Shown here: positions 10,601-19,091 of the stretch, piece after piece | Layout: every line of letters begins with the position of its first letter | How positions within the stretch are numbered: position 1 is the stretch's first letter | Source of the DNA: Bacteroidales bacterium | GTDB lineage: Bacteria > Bacteroidota > Bacteroidia > Bacteroidales > UBA1402 | Length of the DNA: 64,000 nt | Reading direction: 5' to 3' | NCBI GenBank assembly: GCA_045627385.1 | Contig: JAZQNO010000007.1 | Coordinates: 28,868 to 92,867, forward strand | The notes under the pieces: model-generated | What the model was told of the DNA's origin: nothing | The model's database searches: none | The model's input: only the letters and a program-made list of their open reading frames with translations | Program-made: the position numbers and the translations under genes

Positions 10601-10807
10601 AACGCTGATGGAGGCGTCGGGGGCCACATCGATGGCAAATGCACCGTCTTCGCCGGTGATGGCACTCTGTGCGCCCGGGCTGGACACGACAGCATTGACA
10701 AGCGGAATATTGTCTGCGGAACAGACATATCCCTTGAGGGTTTCGGCTGACATGGGTATCGCCAGCGCAAGCAGCAGGGCTGCTATCGTATATCTGATAC
10801 TTTTCAT
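7688..10807 (-). CDS. SusC/RagA-family TonB-dependent outer-membrane transporter (pair 2)
   Basis: 1039 aa with an N-terminal carboxypeptidase-regulatory-like domain, a plug, a long barrel and the terminal sequence FGVNLKF. No STN domain is visible. Confidence 0.9.
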   Translation of the reverse strand: MKSIRYTIAALLLALAIPMSAETLKGYVCSADNIPLVNAVVSSPGAQSAITGEDGAFAIDVAPDASISVWADGYYIQTLAVRGRSEIKVVLAGENTFKYTQNGLESSLAKKDFAYGALSVEQALQGELNGLMISQKSGMPGEGAYMSYHGIRTLAANSMPLIVINGIPYMPSSDESQLIGGYSKSIFQAYNVQDIASVRLLTGAEASQYGSLASNGVLLIETDGAASDDMETKITYNGSFGYHWNNHRIPLMNASQFKSYISDLGMTCYDNMETFFNNFPFLSPDESDAYNYLYAFDTDWQNELYRNAMTTDHLVRVEGGDAVAKYDISVGYTHDEGTLKNTSSDRFNAQINADVNVSKSFEIGAIFGLAYLDGSYQEQGMLDETNPMLTAIRRAPVLSPYKSDMYGNLLDSYSSYYFGNNTNSDFAVSNPVAVINDMTADMRQYDANLQAVLRYKPTRNLSVNAMVGLYYNYDQEGVMVPGINNKDIVPYFDSYGESNNRVRQGVSEQFNLFYGLNGTWKHSFGADELVVNAGTQAIRTNFETDMGVGRNTPSDFYQTLSDVQTLGRFFNGYASKWNWMNAYAGASYTWNSLVNAGVNISTDGASSTGVDAQRFGVFPSASANVMLHNLDALSSLNWLDRLTFHADYGKTGNSRFSGNYGKYYYVSELYQGIAGIIRTNVPNTSIKWEETLRANVGLDASFLANRASLSFGWYNDNVSDVLMAGSTSSLYGTGFHYSNDAAIVSNGVDVSLKVAPVYGRNFKWILGGKATTLHNVITSLGSDTELISTLSDGATLVSRVDEAPFSFYGLQADGEYPVYSSTLEARTAYTDPLTGEQRPMRNRNGIDFEAGDVKYVDQNNDGVINDADRVVLGSATPDMYGSLFNRFQYKGFAIDANFIWSVGNEAYNAVRRVSESSSDFSNQSLAVLRRWTMDGQITDMPRAQYNNLVGNNDFSSRWIEDASYLKLRDITLSYTFDKVIMDFFQGGSLYVSGQNLWCLTSYLGSDPEFSYSYSAMMQGVDYAKVALPKTVKFGVNLKF

Positions 10808-10819
10808 TGTTCCCTCAGA

Positions 10820-12538
10820 TTAATTGTTGGTTGAAATCGGACGCAGGCACCAGTGATGGAAGACCAGGCGGGTCGAGGTGCCGGTGGCGTTCTCCACATG
10901 GATGAGCAAAGGCAGAGCCGAACCGTCTCCGTTGATGTCGGGGATTTCCAGCTCTTCGATCACACATCCGCCATCCGTATCGTAATTGTTCTTCTTGCTG
11001 TGGGTAAGCTGCTCTTTCACTTCCTTATATCCTTCGGGCCAAGTGTTGGAAAGAGTGGTACCGCGGTCATAGTGGAACTTGGTCGACGAATCCACATTGA
11101 TGTCGCTTTCGCCGAGTTTCTGCAGACCGCCGGACAACACGGCATATACAATGACCTTGTAAGTCACGTTCTGGTTCTGGGCGAATCCCATGGCGAAACG
11201 GTACTTTCCCGGCGGAATGCGGTAAGGTGCCACACCCGTGACATTGCCGAACGCGTCATAGACCGGATGAATCATCTGCATGCGGATGTAATAGGGAGAA
11301 GTGGCGTCTTCGCAATAGCAGGAAAGGGCCGTATTTCCGTGGAGTGGCCAGACACCGGCTTCAGGCGTCCATTCTTCCACTTCCACCTTGATTTCAAGAT
11401 TCTTGAGATTGGCATAATCGAAATATTTCGACTTTTCTTCGGCCGAACAGTACTCGTAGTCGCGGTAGAAATCCTTGATGCGGTAAATAAGCATGCTGGT
11501 GGGGATCAACAGTCGCTTCACATCGTAGATGACACCATTGGAGACACTGATTGGATTCTGTGTGTCCACAGACTGTTCCGATTTCAGCCAGTAGCGGTCG
11601 TAAATGGATTTCAGACTCTCCGTGGTTTCCATGTCTTCGGGAGAATACTTGGTCGAGAAAAAGGCGACCTCGAGAATCCATTTGCGCAGAATGTCGAAAT
11701 CGCGTTCCATTCCCCAGGACTTCAGGGTGCTGTCAGCGCGGGCCATGGCATCGTTGATCACGTCGTTGGAGAACATCAGCATGGTCGCGGTCAGCGATTC
11801 GCTGCTCAGACTGAAATTCTTGGCATCGAAGAACTCGTTGGTATAAATCCATACCGTATCGTAAATCGTATTGCCGGTAGCGTCCACACCGATGGCCTTG
11901 CTGTTGTTCTTGTCGAACTGCTTGCCGCCGCTGGCGAGGATCATTTCACGGAACATGCTGTACTCTTCGGGCAACTCCTGGATATAGTCGTACAGCGAAA
12001 CCGGAGTGACAATCATCGAACTGAGCACGTAAATGTATCCGTCCAAGGTCTTCACCACCGACTTCACGGGAGCGCCGTTGAAGGTGATGTGGTCGAGATG
12101 GCCCAGCTGGCCGAGGGAATCGACGCCCACGGTCACGAACTTGCCGTGCCACATCAGGATGCGTTCGCCGTCGAACAGGTTGCTGGGAGAAATGCTGATA
12201 TCCGTCACATGGGAATTGGCCAGATAGGCTTCCTCGCCGGCTTCAGGCTGCTGGAAATCCTCATTGGTCACCATCAGCAGCGTGTGGAGCTGTCCCTTTT
12301 CCTGCAGCGTTTTGAATACGCCGTTTTCGGAAAGGAAAGAATACATGTTCTTCAAATCGGCCTGAGCCGGATCCGAAAGATACTCTTCGGTGGTCATGTC
12401 CACCATGACAAGCTGGTCGTTGCTCACCTCCGTGTCGGAGTTGTAGTAGTGGTCCTGCCAGTCCTTGCCCTCGCAGGCAGCCATCAGAAGGGCTGCAGCT
12501 GCCATCAGAAACAAATGTCTGTATTTCATAAGCCTCAT
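10820..12538 (-). CDS. fasciclin (FAS1)-like surface lipoprotein
   Basis: Lipobox LMAACEG. H1-like LLMVTNEDF and H2-like GYIYVLSSMI motifs are present, plus a second degenerate copy (MLMFSNDVIND). Confidence 0.6.
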   Translation of the reverse strand: MRLMKYRHLFLMAAAALLMAACEGKDWQDHYYNSDTEVSNDQLVMVDMTTEEYLSDPAQADLKNMYSFLSENGVFKTLQEKGQLHTLLMVTNEDFQQPEAGEEAYLANSHVTDISISPSNLFDGERILMWHGKFVTVGVDSLGQLGHLDHITFNGAPVKSVVKTLDGYIYVLSSMIVTPVSLYDYIQELPEEYSMFREMILASGGKQFDKNNSKAIGVDATGNTIYDTVWIYTNEFFDAKNFSLSSESLTATMLMFSNDVINDAMARADSTLKSWGMERDFDILRKWILEVAFFSTKYSPEDMETTESLKSIYDRYWLKSEQSVDTQNPISVSNGVIYDVKRLLIPTSMLIYRIKDFYRDYEYCSAEEKSKYFDYANLKNLEIKVEVEEWTPEAGVWPLHGNTALSCYCEDATSPYYIRMQMIHPVYDAFGNVTGVAPYRIPPGKYRFAMGFAQNQNVTYKVIVYAVLSGGLQKLGESDINVDSSTKFHYDRGTTLSNTWPEGYKEVKEQLTHSKKNNYDTDGGCVIEELEIPDINGDGSALPLLIHVENATGTSTRLVFHHWCLRPISTNN

Positions 12539-14220
12539 TATTCGATAGGAGTGAATATCAGACTGTCAAACTGTAAGCTGAATTTCGAATTGGTGCTGGC
12601 CGTCGGATCCATCACCACGAACTTGAACACATGATTGGCAGTTACGTCAAACTCGATGGAGTCATACAGGGTGGCCGTGCAGACGCACATCGTAGTCTTG
12701 GTCACCGTCGTGTAGGGTGCGGCGCTCTTCTCGTTTTCGCCGTCGAACGACATGCGGATCATACCGCCGTTGCCATCGCTCATCGTACGCATGAAACTGT
12801 GGTCGGAAAGATAGACAAACTTTAGGTCGACCCGATATTTGCCGCGGACAATGGTGGGCGTCTTCATCGCAGCAGATCCCATATAGCCCAGATTGAAGAT
12901 GACACGGTCATTCTTCTCGCAATCCGCCAGCTGCTTTTTGCAGGTACGGTAAGACACATACGGATAAGCGGTTCCGGCCACACCGGCTTCGGACACCTCG
13001 TATTCGTAGGCGCCGCTCTTCTGAATAGCGACAGTGGTCTCTGAAGACACTGGAGCCGCGGGCTGATATTCCACGCCTGCTTCCAGGACGACGGTTCTGA
13101 CCGAAGCGTAATCGCCCAGATCCCAGACAACCGTGGTGGGAGTAGGCTCCCAAACGGGCATCCAGCCGTCGAGTTGCTGCAGATAGCCGTTCTTGCAAAG
13201 AATGTCAGCGCCTTCTTCCAGGAAATGGGTTTCAGAGATATTGGCATCCAAGGCATTGAGCATCCATTTGCCGGACAGGGTGTCGGCTGTGACCATGAAC
13301 ACCTGATTCTGGGCCAGGGTGCTCCAGATGCGGGTGGTGTCGCTGCCCGGCATTTCCCTCAGTTGGGCCAGCGTGCAGGCGCTTTCCAGAATATGGTAGG
13401 CCACATACTCGTTCAAGGCATTGGCCGAAGACGTGTAATCGGACGCGGCGCCAAGTTTGGCGGCCAGCGACTGGAGGTCGGAGATGCCGTCCTCGGCGAA
13501 AGTCCGGTCAGACACGGCGAGCAGCGTGTAGGTTCTGCGCGAAATGAGCTGGCCGCCACCTTCCTGCGGTATGGTGTCGTAGATGACATCGAGTTCCTTG
13601 TCCCATCCGGTAGCCTTGATGGCCGCCATCATGATGGAGAATCCGCCGGCCTGTTCCATACGCTGGGTCACGCTCTCCACAAGGGGCGTCATTACGGCAT
13701 CGATGTAGTAGATGAGCGCATTGTAGGCGTGCACTCCCGATTCGACCGTGCGGGCTACGCCTCCGAAGATGAACTGTCCGGCATTGACCGAATCGATTTC
13801 CACCGATACGGCATCGCCGCCCAGGTTGGTCAGAGAAGTCTTCAGCTGCATCTGGTCCACCTGGATGGAATCCAGCATGGTATGATGGAAAATCAGGGCA
13901 CGTGCGTACTCGACGCCCAGGTCTTCAATGCCGGCCACTTTCTTGTCTTCGTAGAAATCGGCCATCGCCTTGTTGTCGGGGACCAGCACCGTGAAAGCCT
14001 GAGTCGCCTGATTCAGGGCATTGTACAGATCCGCGTAACGAAGCACCTTGACCCATTCCGAACAGTTCGGGTCTTTTTCAAGCATCTTGGACGCAGGATT
14101 GTCGTCGAATATCTGATAGACGCTGCCGATCTTGTCGTCCTGACAAGCGGCGAAAAGCATCAAGGCAGCGGCTAAGGCTGCCGTGAACGTAAATCTGTTT
14201 CTTTTCATAGCGCAACTCAT
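12538..14220 (-). CDS. fasciclin (FAS1) domain lipoprotein
   Basis: Lipobox LFAACQD. Has FAS1 H1 motifs FTVLVPDNKAMADF and YTLLAVSDRTF, and H2-like ALIYYIDAVMTP. An alternative start is MKRNRF at 14208. Confidence 0.75.
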   Translation of the reverse strand: MSCAMKRNRFTFTAALAAALMLFAACQDDKIGSVYQIFDDNPASKMLEKDPNCSEWVKVLRYADLYNALNQATQAFTVLVPDNKAMADFYEDKKVAGIEDLGVEYARALIFHHTMLDSIQVDQMQLKTSLTNLGGDAVSVEIDSVNAGQFIFGGVARTVESGVHAYNALIYYIDAVMTPLVESVTQRMEQAGGFSIMMAAIKATGWDKELDVIYDTIPQEGGGQLISRRTYTLLAVSDRTFAEDGISDLQSLAAKLGAASDYTSSANALNEYVAYHILESACTLAQLREMPGSDTTRIWSTLAQNQVFMVTADTLSGKWMLNALDANISETHFLEEGADILCKNGYLQQLDGWMPVWEPTPTTVVWDLGDYASVRTVVLEAGVEYQPAAPVSSETTVAIQKSGAYEYEVSEAGVAGTAYPYVSYRTCKKQLADCEKNDRVIFNLGYMGSAAMKTPTIVRGKYRVDLKFVYLSDHSFMRTMSDGNGGMIRMSFDGENEKSAAPYTTVTKTTMCVCTATLYDSIEFDVTANHVFKFVVMDPTASTNSKFSLQFDSLIFTPIE

Positions 14221-15824
14221 TTTTGTGTTTGGTAATAAGGATTCTGCTCCAGTTTGGAGTTCACCTGAATCTCACTGTAAGGAATCGGCATATACCAGGC
14301 ATTGGGATCGAGCAGTACCGAACGTATCCATTCGTCCTTCGTGGTCTGGTTTCCTTCCACGACCTCGTTGACGAAATGTTCTACATACCGGCCCGAACCA
14401 TTGTCGTAGCGGGCGTAACGCAACAGATCGTACCAGCGCTTGCCTTCAGCCAGGAATTCCATTTCCCATTCGTACATCACGGCATCGAGCATTTCTGATT
14501 CCTCAGCTTCAGCCACATTGATGGTGAGCGGATTCAGACAGGCACGTTCTCTGATTTCGTTGAGGATGCCGATGGCAGCCGTCCAGTTGTCAGCCCCACC
14601 CTTCATCACCAGAGCCTCCGCTTTGATCAACATCAGGTCGGGCACACGGTAAAGAATGAAGTTGGCGTCTTCCGAAGGACGGACATTTTCCTTGTCGACC
14701 ACATCGGTGCCTTTGTATTTCCATACATAAAAACCCGTTGCGGTGGCATAGGCGGCCTGATTGGCCAGATCCGACACGAAACTGCCGAAGAGCATGCGGC
14801 CGACACGGCCCTCGCCGTCGTATCCGATCGACTGGGCATAAGCCTCGGCCTCTTGCGTTTCGGCCGTCATCTTGTTCTGTGCGTAATCGGTAAATCTCAG
14901 ACGAGAACTCGTTCCGATCGTGAACCAGGAACCGAAATTGTTGTTCTGACCCATGTTCTTCTCCCAGTTGAGCTCGAAAATGCTTTCGTTGCTGTTGCCC
15001 GGATAGAAGATGGAGTACCACTGGCTGGGATCCTGAATGAAACGGGGACGGAAAGAAGTGTCGCCGGCAGGAACGTCCAGCACGTAGTTGCAATAGACGA
15101 TAGCCTCGTCATAATCGTGGTTCCAGAGGCAGACATCGGCCATCAGCGCATACAGGGCCCAGCGGGTCACGCGGCCCTTGCTCTGCCAGCCGTAGCCGTC
15201 GGTATCCTCATACACGTCCTTGGCGGCGCCCAAAGCGATGGCGGTCTTCATGTCGGCCTTGATCTGGGCGATGATCGAATCCTCGGAACTTTTCGGAGTC
15301 ATATAGTCGGCCTGGTCGTTCACATACGCTTCGACGACCAGAGGCACCTCGCGGAAGTTCTTGACCATCACCAGATAGCAGTAGGCTCTCATAAAGTAGG
15401 CCTCGCAAAGATGCGATTTCATCACACTCTCGTAATAGGTGTCGTCTTCGGTCATCACCGAGGGCGCATACTTGAGCACGCTGTTGGCCATACCGATCAC
15501 CTTGTAGAGATTGGCATAGGAGCAGACGCTCTGAGAGGGGGTCATGTTGAAGTTCTGAAGATAGGTGTCGGCCGTGTTGCTGCTGTACAGCGTGCCGCCG
15601 CGGACTTCACCCCAGATGAGGAATGAAGTGACCGACTGACGCATATAGTAGTAACCGGAAGCGATGACGGCTTCCACATCTTCTTTGGACTTCCAGTAGT
15701 TGTCGGTCACCTGCTCGTTGTTGGGCAGAATGTCCAGCCATCCGCTGCAGGAGCTCATTCCTGCCATCGTCAAAGCAATGACGGCTGCGGAAAAGAATTT
15801 GAATAATCTTGTCTTCATCATCAT
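14217..15824 (-). CDS. SusD/RagB-family lipoprotein (pair 1)
   Basis: Lipobox GMSSCSG, 535 aa, directly downstream of SusC. Confidence 0.85.
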   Translation of the reverse strand: MMMKTRLFKFFSAAVIALTMAGMSSCSGWLDILPNNEQVTDNYWKSKEDVEAVIASGYYYMRQSVTSFLIWGEVRGGTLYSSNTADTYLQNFNMTPSQSVCSYANLYKVIGMANSVLKYAPSVMTEDDTYYESVMKSHLCEAYFMRAYCYLVMVKNFREVPLVVEAYVNDQADYMTPKSSEDSIIAQIKADMKTAIALGAAKDVYEDTDGYGWQSKGRVTRWALYALMADVCLWNHDYDEAIVYCNYVLDVPAGDTSFRPRFIQDPSQWYSIFYPGNSNESIFELNWEKNMGQNNNFGSWFTIGTSSRLRFTDYAQNKMTAETQEAEAYAQSIGYDGEGRVGRMLFGSFVSDLANQAAYATATGFYVWKYKGTDVVDKENVRPSEDANFILYRVPDLMLIKAEALVMKGGADNWTAAIGILNEIRERACLNPLTINVAEAEESEMLDAVMYEWEMEFLAEGKRWYDLLRYARYDNGSGRYVEHFVNEVVEGNQTTKDEWIRSVLLDPNAWYMPIPYSEIQVNSKLEQNPYYQTQK

Positions 15825-15830
15825 AAGCTT

Positions 15831-18800
15831 TTAGAATTGGAGGTTGAAACCGACAGCCAGACGTTTGGTCACGGGAGTCGACGAATTGTCTTTTACCAGA
15901 GCGGTGGCCGACGAAGGAATGCTCACTTCGGGGTCCTGACCGTCGTAATTGGTCCAGGTGAACAGGTTGTAGGCGGTACAGAAGAAACTGAGCGAATTGA
16001 TGTTCCACTGTTTGAGCCATTCACGGGGCAGATTGTACGAAAGCGAAAGCGTCTTCAGACGGGCGAATGAGGAATTCTCCACGAAGCGGTCGCTTCCGAG
16101 ATAGTTGTAACCCATTCCGTAAAGGGCGCGCGGGATATCCGTAGCCGCGGCATCGCCCTCGGTGCGCCAGCGGCTCAACACAGCCGTGCTCTGGTTGTTG
16201 GTCCCGTACATGTTCTCCAGATCCATACGGGCCTGGTTGATGACCATCTGACCGAAACGGTAGTAGAAGAAAGTCGTCAGCGAAATCGTGCGGTACTTCA
16301 GAGTGAAGCCGGCACCGCCGAGCAGTTTCGGGTTGGAGTTGCCCAAGTAGACGATATCGTATTCGTTGATGACACCGTCGTAGTTGACATCCTCGTATTT
16401 GGCATCGCCGGGGAAGACAGTCGTCGAACCGTTCTTCATCACAATGGGCTGTCCGAGATAATCTTTCATCACATTGCCGCTTTCGTCGAGAGCGTAGGTG
16501 TCGGCAGAGTTGTCGTAAACGCCCTTGTAGCGGTAGCCGTAGAACGATCCGATCGGGTCGCCTTCAACCACGCGGACCGCATAGTTTCCGTTGCCGAAGG
16601 TGTAGTTCTCTTCCTGCATGTTGACGGGAAGTTTTTCCACCTTGTTGTCGTTGTGGCTGATGTTGAAATTCAGATTGAGTTTCCAGGTCTTGGTGTTGAT
16701 GGCATCGTATGTCAGACGGTATTCCCAACCGCGGTTGCTCAATTCGCCGCTGTTGAAGTATTTGATCGAAGAATAACCGGTCGACGAGGGAATGCTCACA
16801 CCCGACAGGAGCAGGTCGTTGGTGTACTTGTAATAATAGTCGAAGGTCATGCCCACCTTGTCGAAGAAACGCAGGTCGGCACCGTAGTTCCATTCCTTGG
16901 AGGTTTCCCATTTGAGATTGTCCAGCTGAATGCGGACCGGATAGATGGCCGACATGCTCATATACTGGCCAAGGCTCTGATAGGCACCCAGATAAAGAGA
17001 GGATCCAGAGGGGGCGTTACCGCTCCAGCCGAGGCTCACACGAAGCTTGCCCTCGGTCAGCCAGGAATCCTCATTGTCGCGGAACCAGCTTTCTTCGTGG
17101 GCGTTCCATGCCAGACCGAAGGCCGGGAAGGTACCGAAACGCTCACTTTTACCCATGGCGGAATTGCCTTCGCGGTTGATGGTGGCTTTGGCCACATAAC
17201 GGCGGTCGTAAGTGTAGACCATCTGTGCGATCGACGAGATGCTGCGCGTCTTGGAATAGCCCGAACCTATCGAACTGACCACACTTCCGGCCACAGGGTC
17301 GCTCAAGTGCGGCGACGCGTTGCCGCTCGTGCCGCTGGTATAGCTGTAGTTTTCGCCCTGCGAAGCATAGAAACGTCCCGTGGCAATCACCTGATGCACA
17401 TCGGCAAAGGTGTGGTTGTACATCAGTTTCTGCTCGGTCTGCAGATCCAGGCGGTCGGAGGCGGCGTCGGTACTCTGGTTGGCGTAGTTGCTGGTCCAGA
17501 GCACGCCGGTAGCTTCCTGGGGAATGAACTTGCGGTTTTTGGTCGTGCGCATATTCATCGAGACATAGCCCCTGTACGTGAGATGGAAGGGGAACTTGTA
17601 CTCGGCGTTCAGCGTCATCTTTTCTTCACGCTGCGTGGTGTTGTTGAAACCCATGTCGGCCATCGCCACCGGATTGTAATGGGAACTTCCGTTGAAAGCG
17701 CCCTGGAAATCCTCGTTCTGACGGCTGAAATAGGAAGAGGTCGGTTCGCCCGTGACATCGTCGATGTAGTACGGGCTCTTGTTGGGCATCTTGCGCTGGG
17801 CCTCGCTACGCAGCGAGCTCAAAGCGTTGGCTTCGCGGTCGGACTGGCTGAACGTGAATTCGGTGTTCACCATCAGACGTTCGCTGAAGTCGTAACGGAT
17901 GCTCGAGTTGGCATTCAGACGGTTGAAGCCGGTGCCCACCGTGGTGCCGCCTTCGTTGAGATAACCCAGAGAGAAACGGTAAGTGGCCTTGTCGCCGCCA
18001 CCGCTCAACGAGAAGGTGTTGTCGAAGGAATAGTCGTTCTTGCGGACGTAATCGAGCCACTTGGTGTCACAGTTGTATTCGTCGAAATACTGCCAGTCGG
18101 GCACATAGTTGATGTCGTAGGTGTTGAACAGCAGATCCAGTTCGTTGGAAGCCGAACCCAAGCCTTTGGCATTGGCCGTATTCCAGATGGCATCCTGAAT
18201 CATGGCCACATACTGGCTGCCGTTGAGCAAGGGAATGGGATCGGGTTCGAATTTTCCGGTAAACTTGCTGTTGAAACCGAAAGTGGTCTTGCCCTTGGCA
18301 CCGCGCTTGGTGGTGATGAGCAGTACGCCGTTGGCGCCTTTCGTTCCGTAGATGGCCGTTGCCGAAGCATCCTTCAACACCTCGATCGACTCGATGTCGC
18401 TCGGGGCGATGTTCAGCAATGCACCGAAGTCTTCGTCGTTGGCCGTGGCGAAATTGAAATCGTCGCTGATTTCGGTCGAATAAGGAATGCCGTTCACCAC
18501 AATCAGCGGTTCGGACGAGGCGTTCAGCGAATTGACGCCGCGGATGCGGATGGCGCTGCGGGCACCGGGATCGCCGCCCACGACGATATCCACACCGGCC
18601 AGCTGTCCTTGCAGGGCCTCGGTGATATCGGAGACGGGCGTGGTCTCCACGATGTCGCTCATCGAAATCTTCTGGGTGGAAGAAGTCTGTTCCGTGAAGG
18701 AGACGCCCATTTCGTCGCGTTCGACCTTCTTGGCAACCACCTGTACTTCCTTAAGTTCTTTCGTATCCGGCTTCATGACGACATTCAGCACTTTCTGACC

Positions 18801-19079
18801 GGTATAGTCGATCGTCTGTGTCTGCATGCCCAAATAAGAGAAACGGATGCGGGGATTCTTTTCATGCATCGGAACCGCAATGCTGTATTGTCCGTCGATG
18901 TTGGTGATGACACCCGAAAGATATCGGTTGTTGGAATTGACAATCACCACATTGACACCATACATGGGTTCGCTCTTTCCATCGAACAGCTCAGTGACCG
19001 TACCCGTGAGAACAGCGTTCTGAGCCTGCAGGGCCATCACACTGAGGACGGCAGCCAGCAAAAGGATCATTCTTTTCAT
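15831..19079 (-). CDS. SusC/RagA-family TonB-dependent transporter (pair 1)
   Basis: 1082 aa with an N-terminal CarboxypepD_reg-like domain (LTGTVTE..GVNVVIVNS), a plug, a barrel and the terminal sequence AVGFNLQF. Confidence 0.9.
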   Translation of the reverse strand: MKRMILLLAAVLSVMALQAQNAVLTGTVTELFDGKSEPMYGVNVVIVNSNNRYLSGVITNIDGQYSIAVPMHEKNPRIRFSYLGMQTQTIDYTGQKVLNVVMKPDTKELKEVQVVAKKVERDEMGVSFTEQTSSTQKISMSDIVETTPVSDITEALQGQLAGVDIVVGGDPGARSAIRIRGVNSLNASSEPLIVVNGIPYSTEISDDFNFATANDEDFGALLNIAPSDIESIEVLKDASATAIYGTKGANGVLLITTKRGAKGKTTFGFNSKFTGKFEPDPIPLLNGSQYVAMIQDAIWNTANAKGLGSASNELDLLFNTYDINYVPDWQYFDEYNCDTKWLDYVRKNDYSFDNTFSLSGGGDKATYRFSLGYLNEGGTTVGTGFNRLNANSSIRYDFSERLMVNTEFTFSQSDREANALSSLRSEAQRKMPNKSPYYIDDVTGEPTSSYFSRQNEDFQGAFNGSSHYNPVAMADMGFNNTTQREEKMTLNAEYKFPFHLTYRGYVSMNMRTTKNRKFIPQEATGVLWTSNYANQSTDAASDRLDLQTEQKLMYNHTFADVHQVIATGRFYASQGENYSYTSGTSGNASPHLSDPVAGSVVSSIGSGYSKTRSISSIAQMVYTYDRRYVAKATINREGNSAMGKSERFGTFPAFGLAWNAHEESWFRDNEDSWLTEGKLRVSLGWSGNAPSGSSLYLGAYQSLGQYMSMSAIYPVRIQLDNLKWETSKEWNYGADLRFFDKVGMTFDYYYKYTNDLLLSGVSIPSSTGYSSIKYFNSGELSNRGWEYRLTYDAINTKTWKLNLNFNISHNDNKVEKLPVNMQEENYTFGNGNYAVRVVEGDPIGSFYGYRYKGVYDNSADTYALDESGNVMKDYLGQPIVMKNGSTTVFPGDAKYEDVNYDGVINEYDIVYLGNSNPKLLGGAGFTLKYRTISLTTFFYYRFGQMVINQARMDLENMYGTNNQSTAVLSRWRTEGDAAATDIPRALYGMGYNYLGSDRFVENSSFARLKTLSLSYNLPREWLKQWNINSLSFFCTAYNLFTWTNYDGQDPEVSIPSSATALVKDNSSTPVTKRLAVGFNLQF

Positions 19080-19091
19080 AGGGCAGACGGA

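Noticed and set aside
5906-10750. A 1614-aa plus-strand ORF, with similar giants at 387-1823, 10853-12634, 16653-19685, 50578-52386 and the 5' 2.8 kb of 56052-59384
   Set aside because: Each lies exactly codon-aligned antisense to well-supported minus-strand genes. For example, 5906 mod 3 equals the phase of both the SusD and SusC codons. In that register an antisense stop requires a sense TTA, CTA or TCA codon. The absence of stops therefore reflects strong avoidance of those three codons. The translations are low-complexity (V/G/D/H/I/R-rich) with no recognisable domains or start context.
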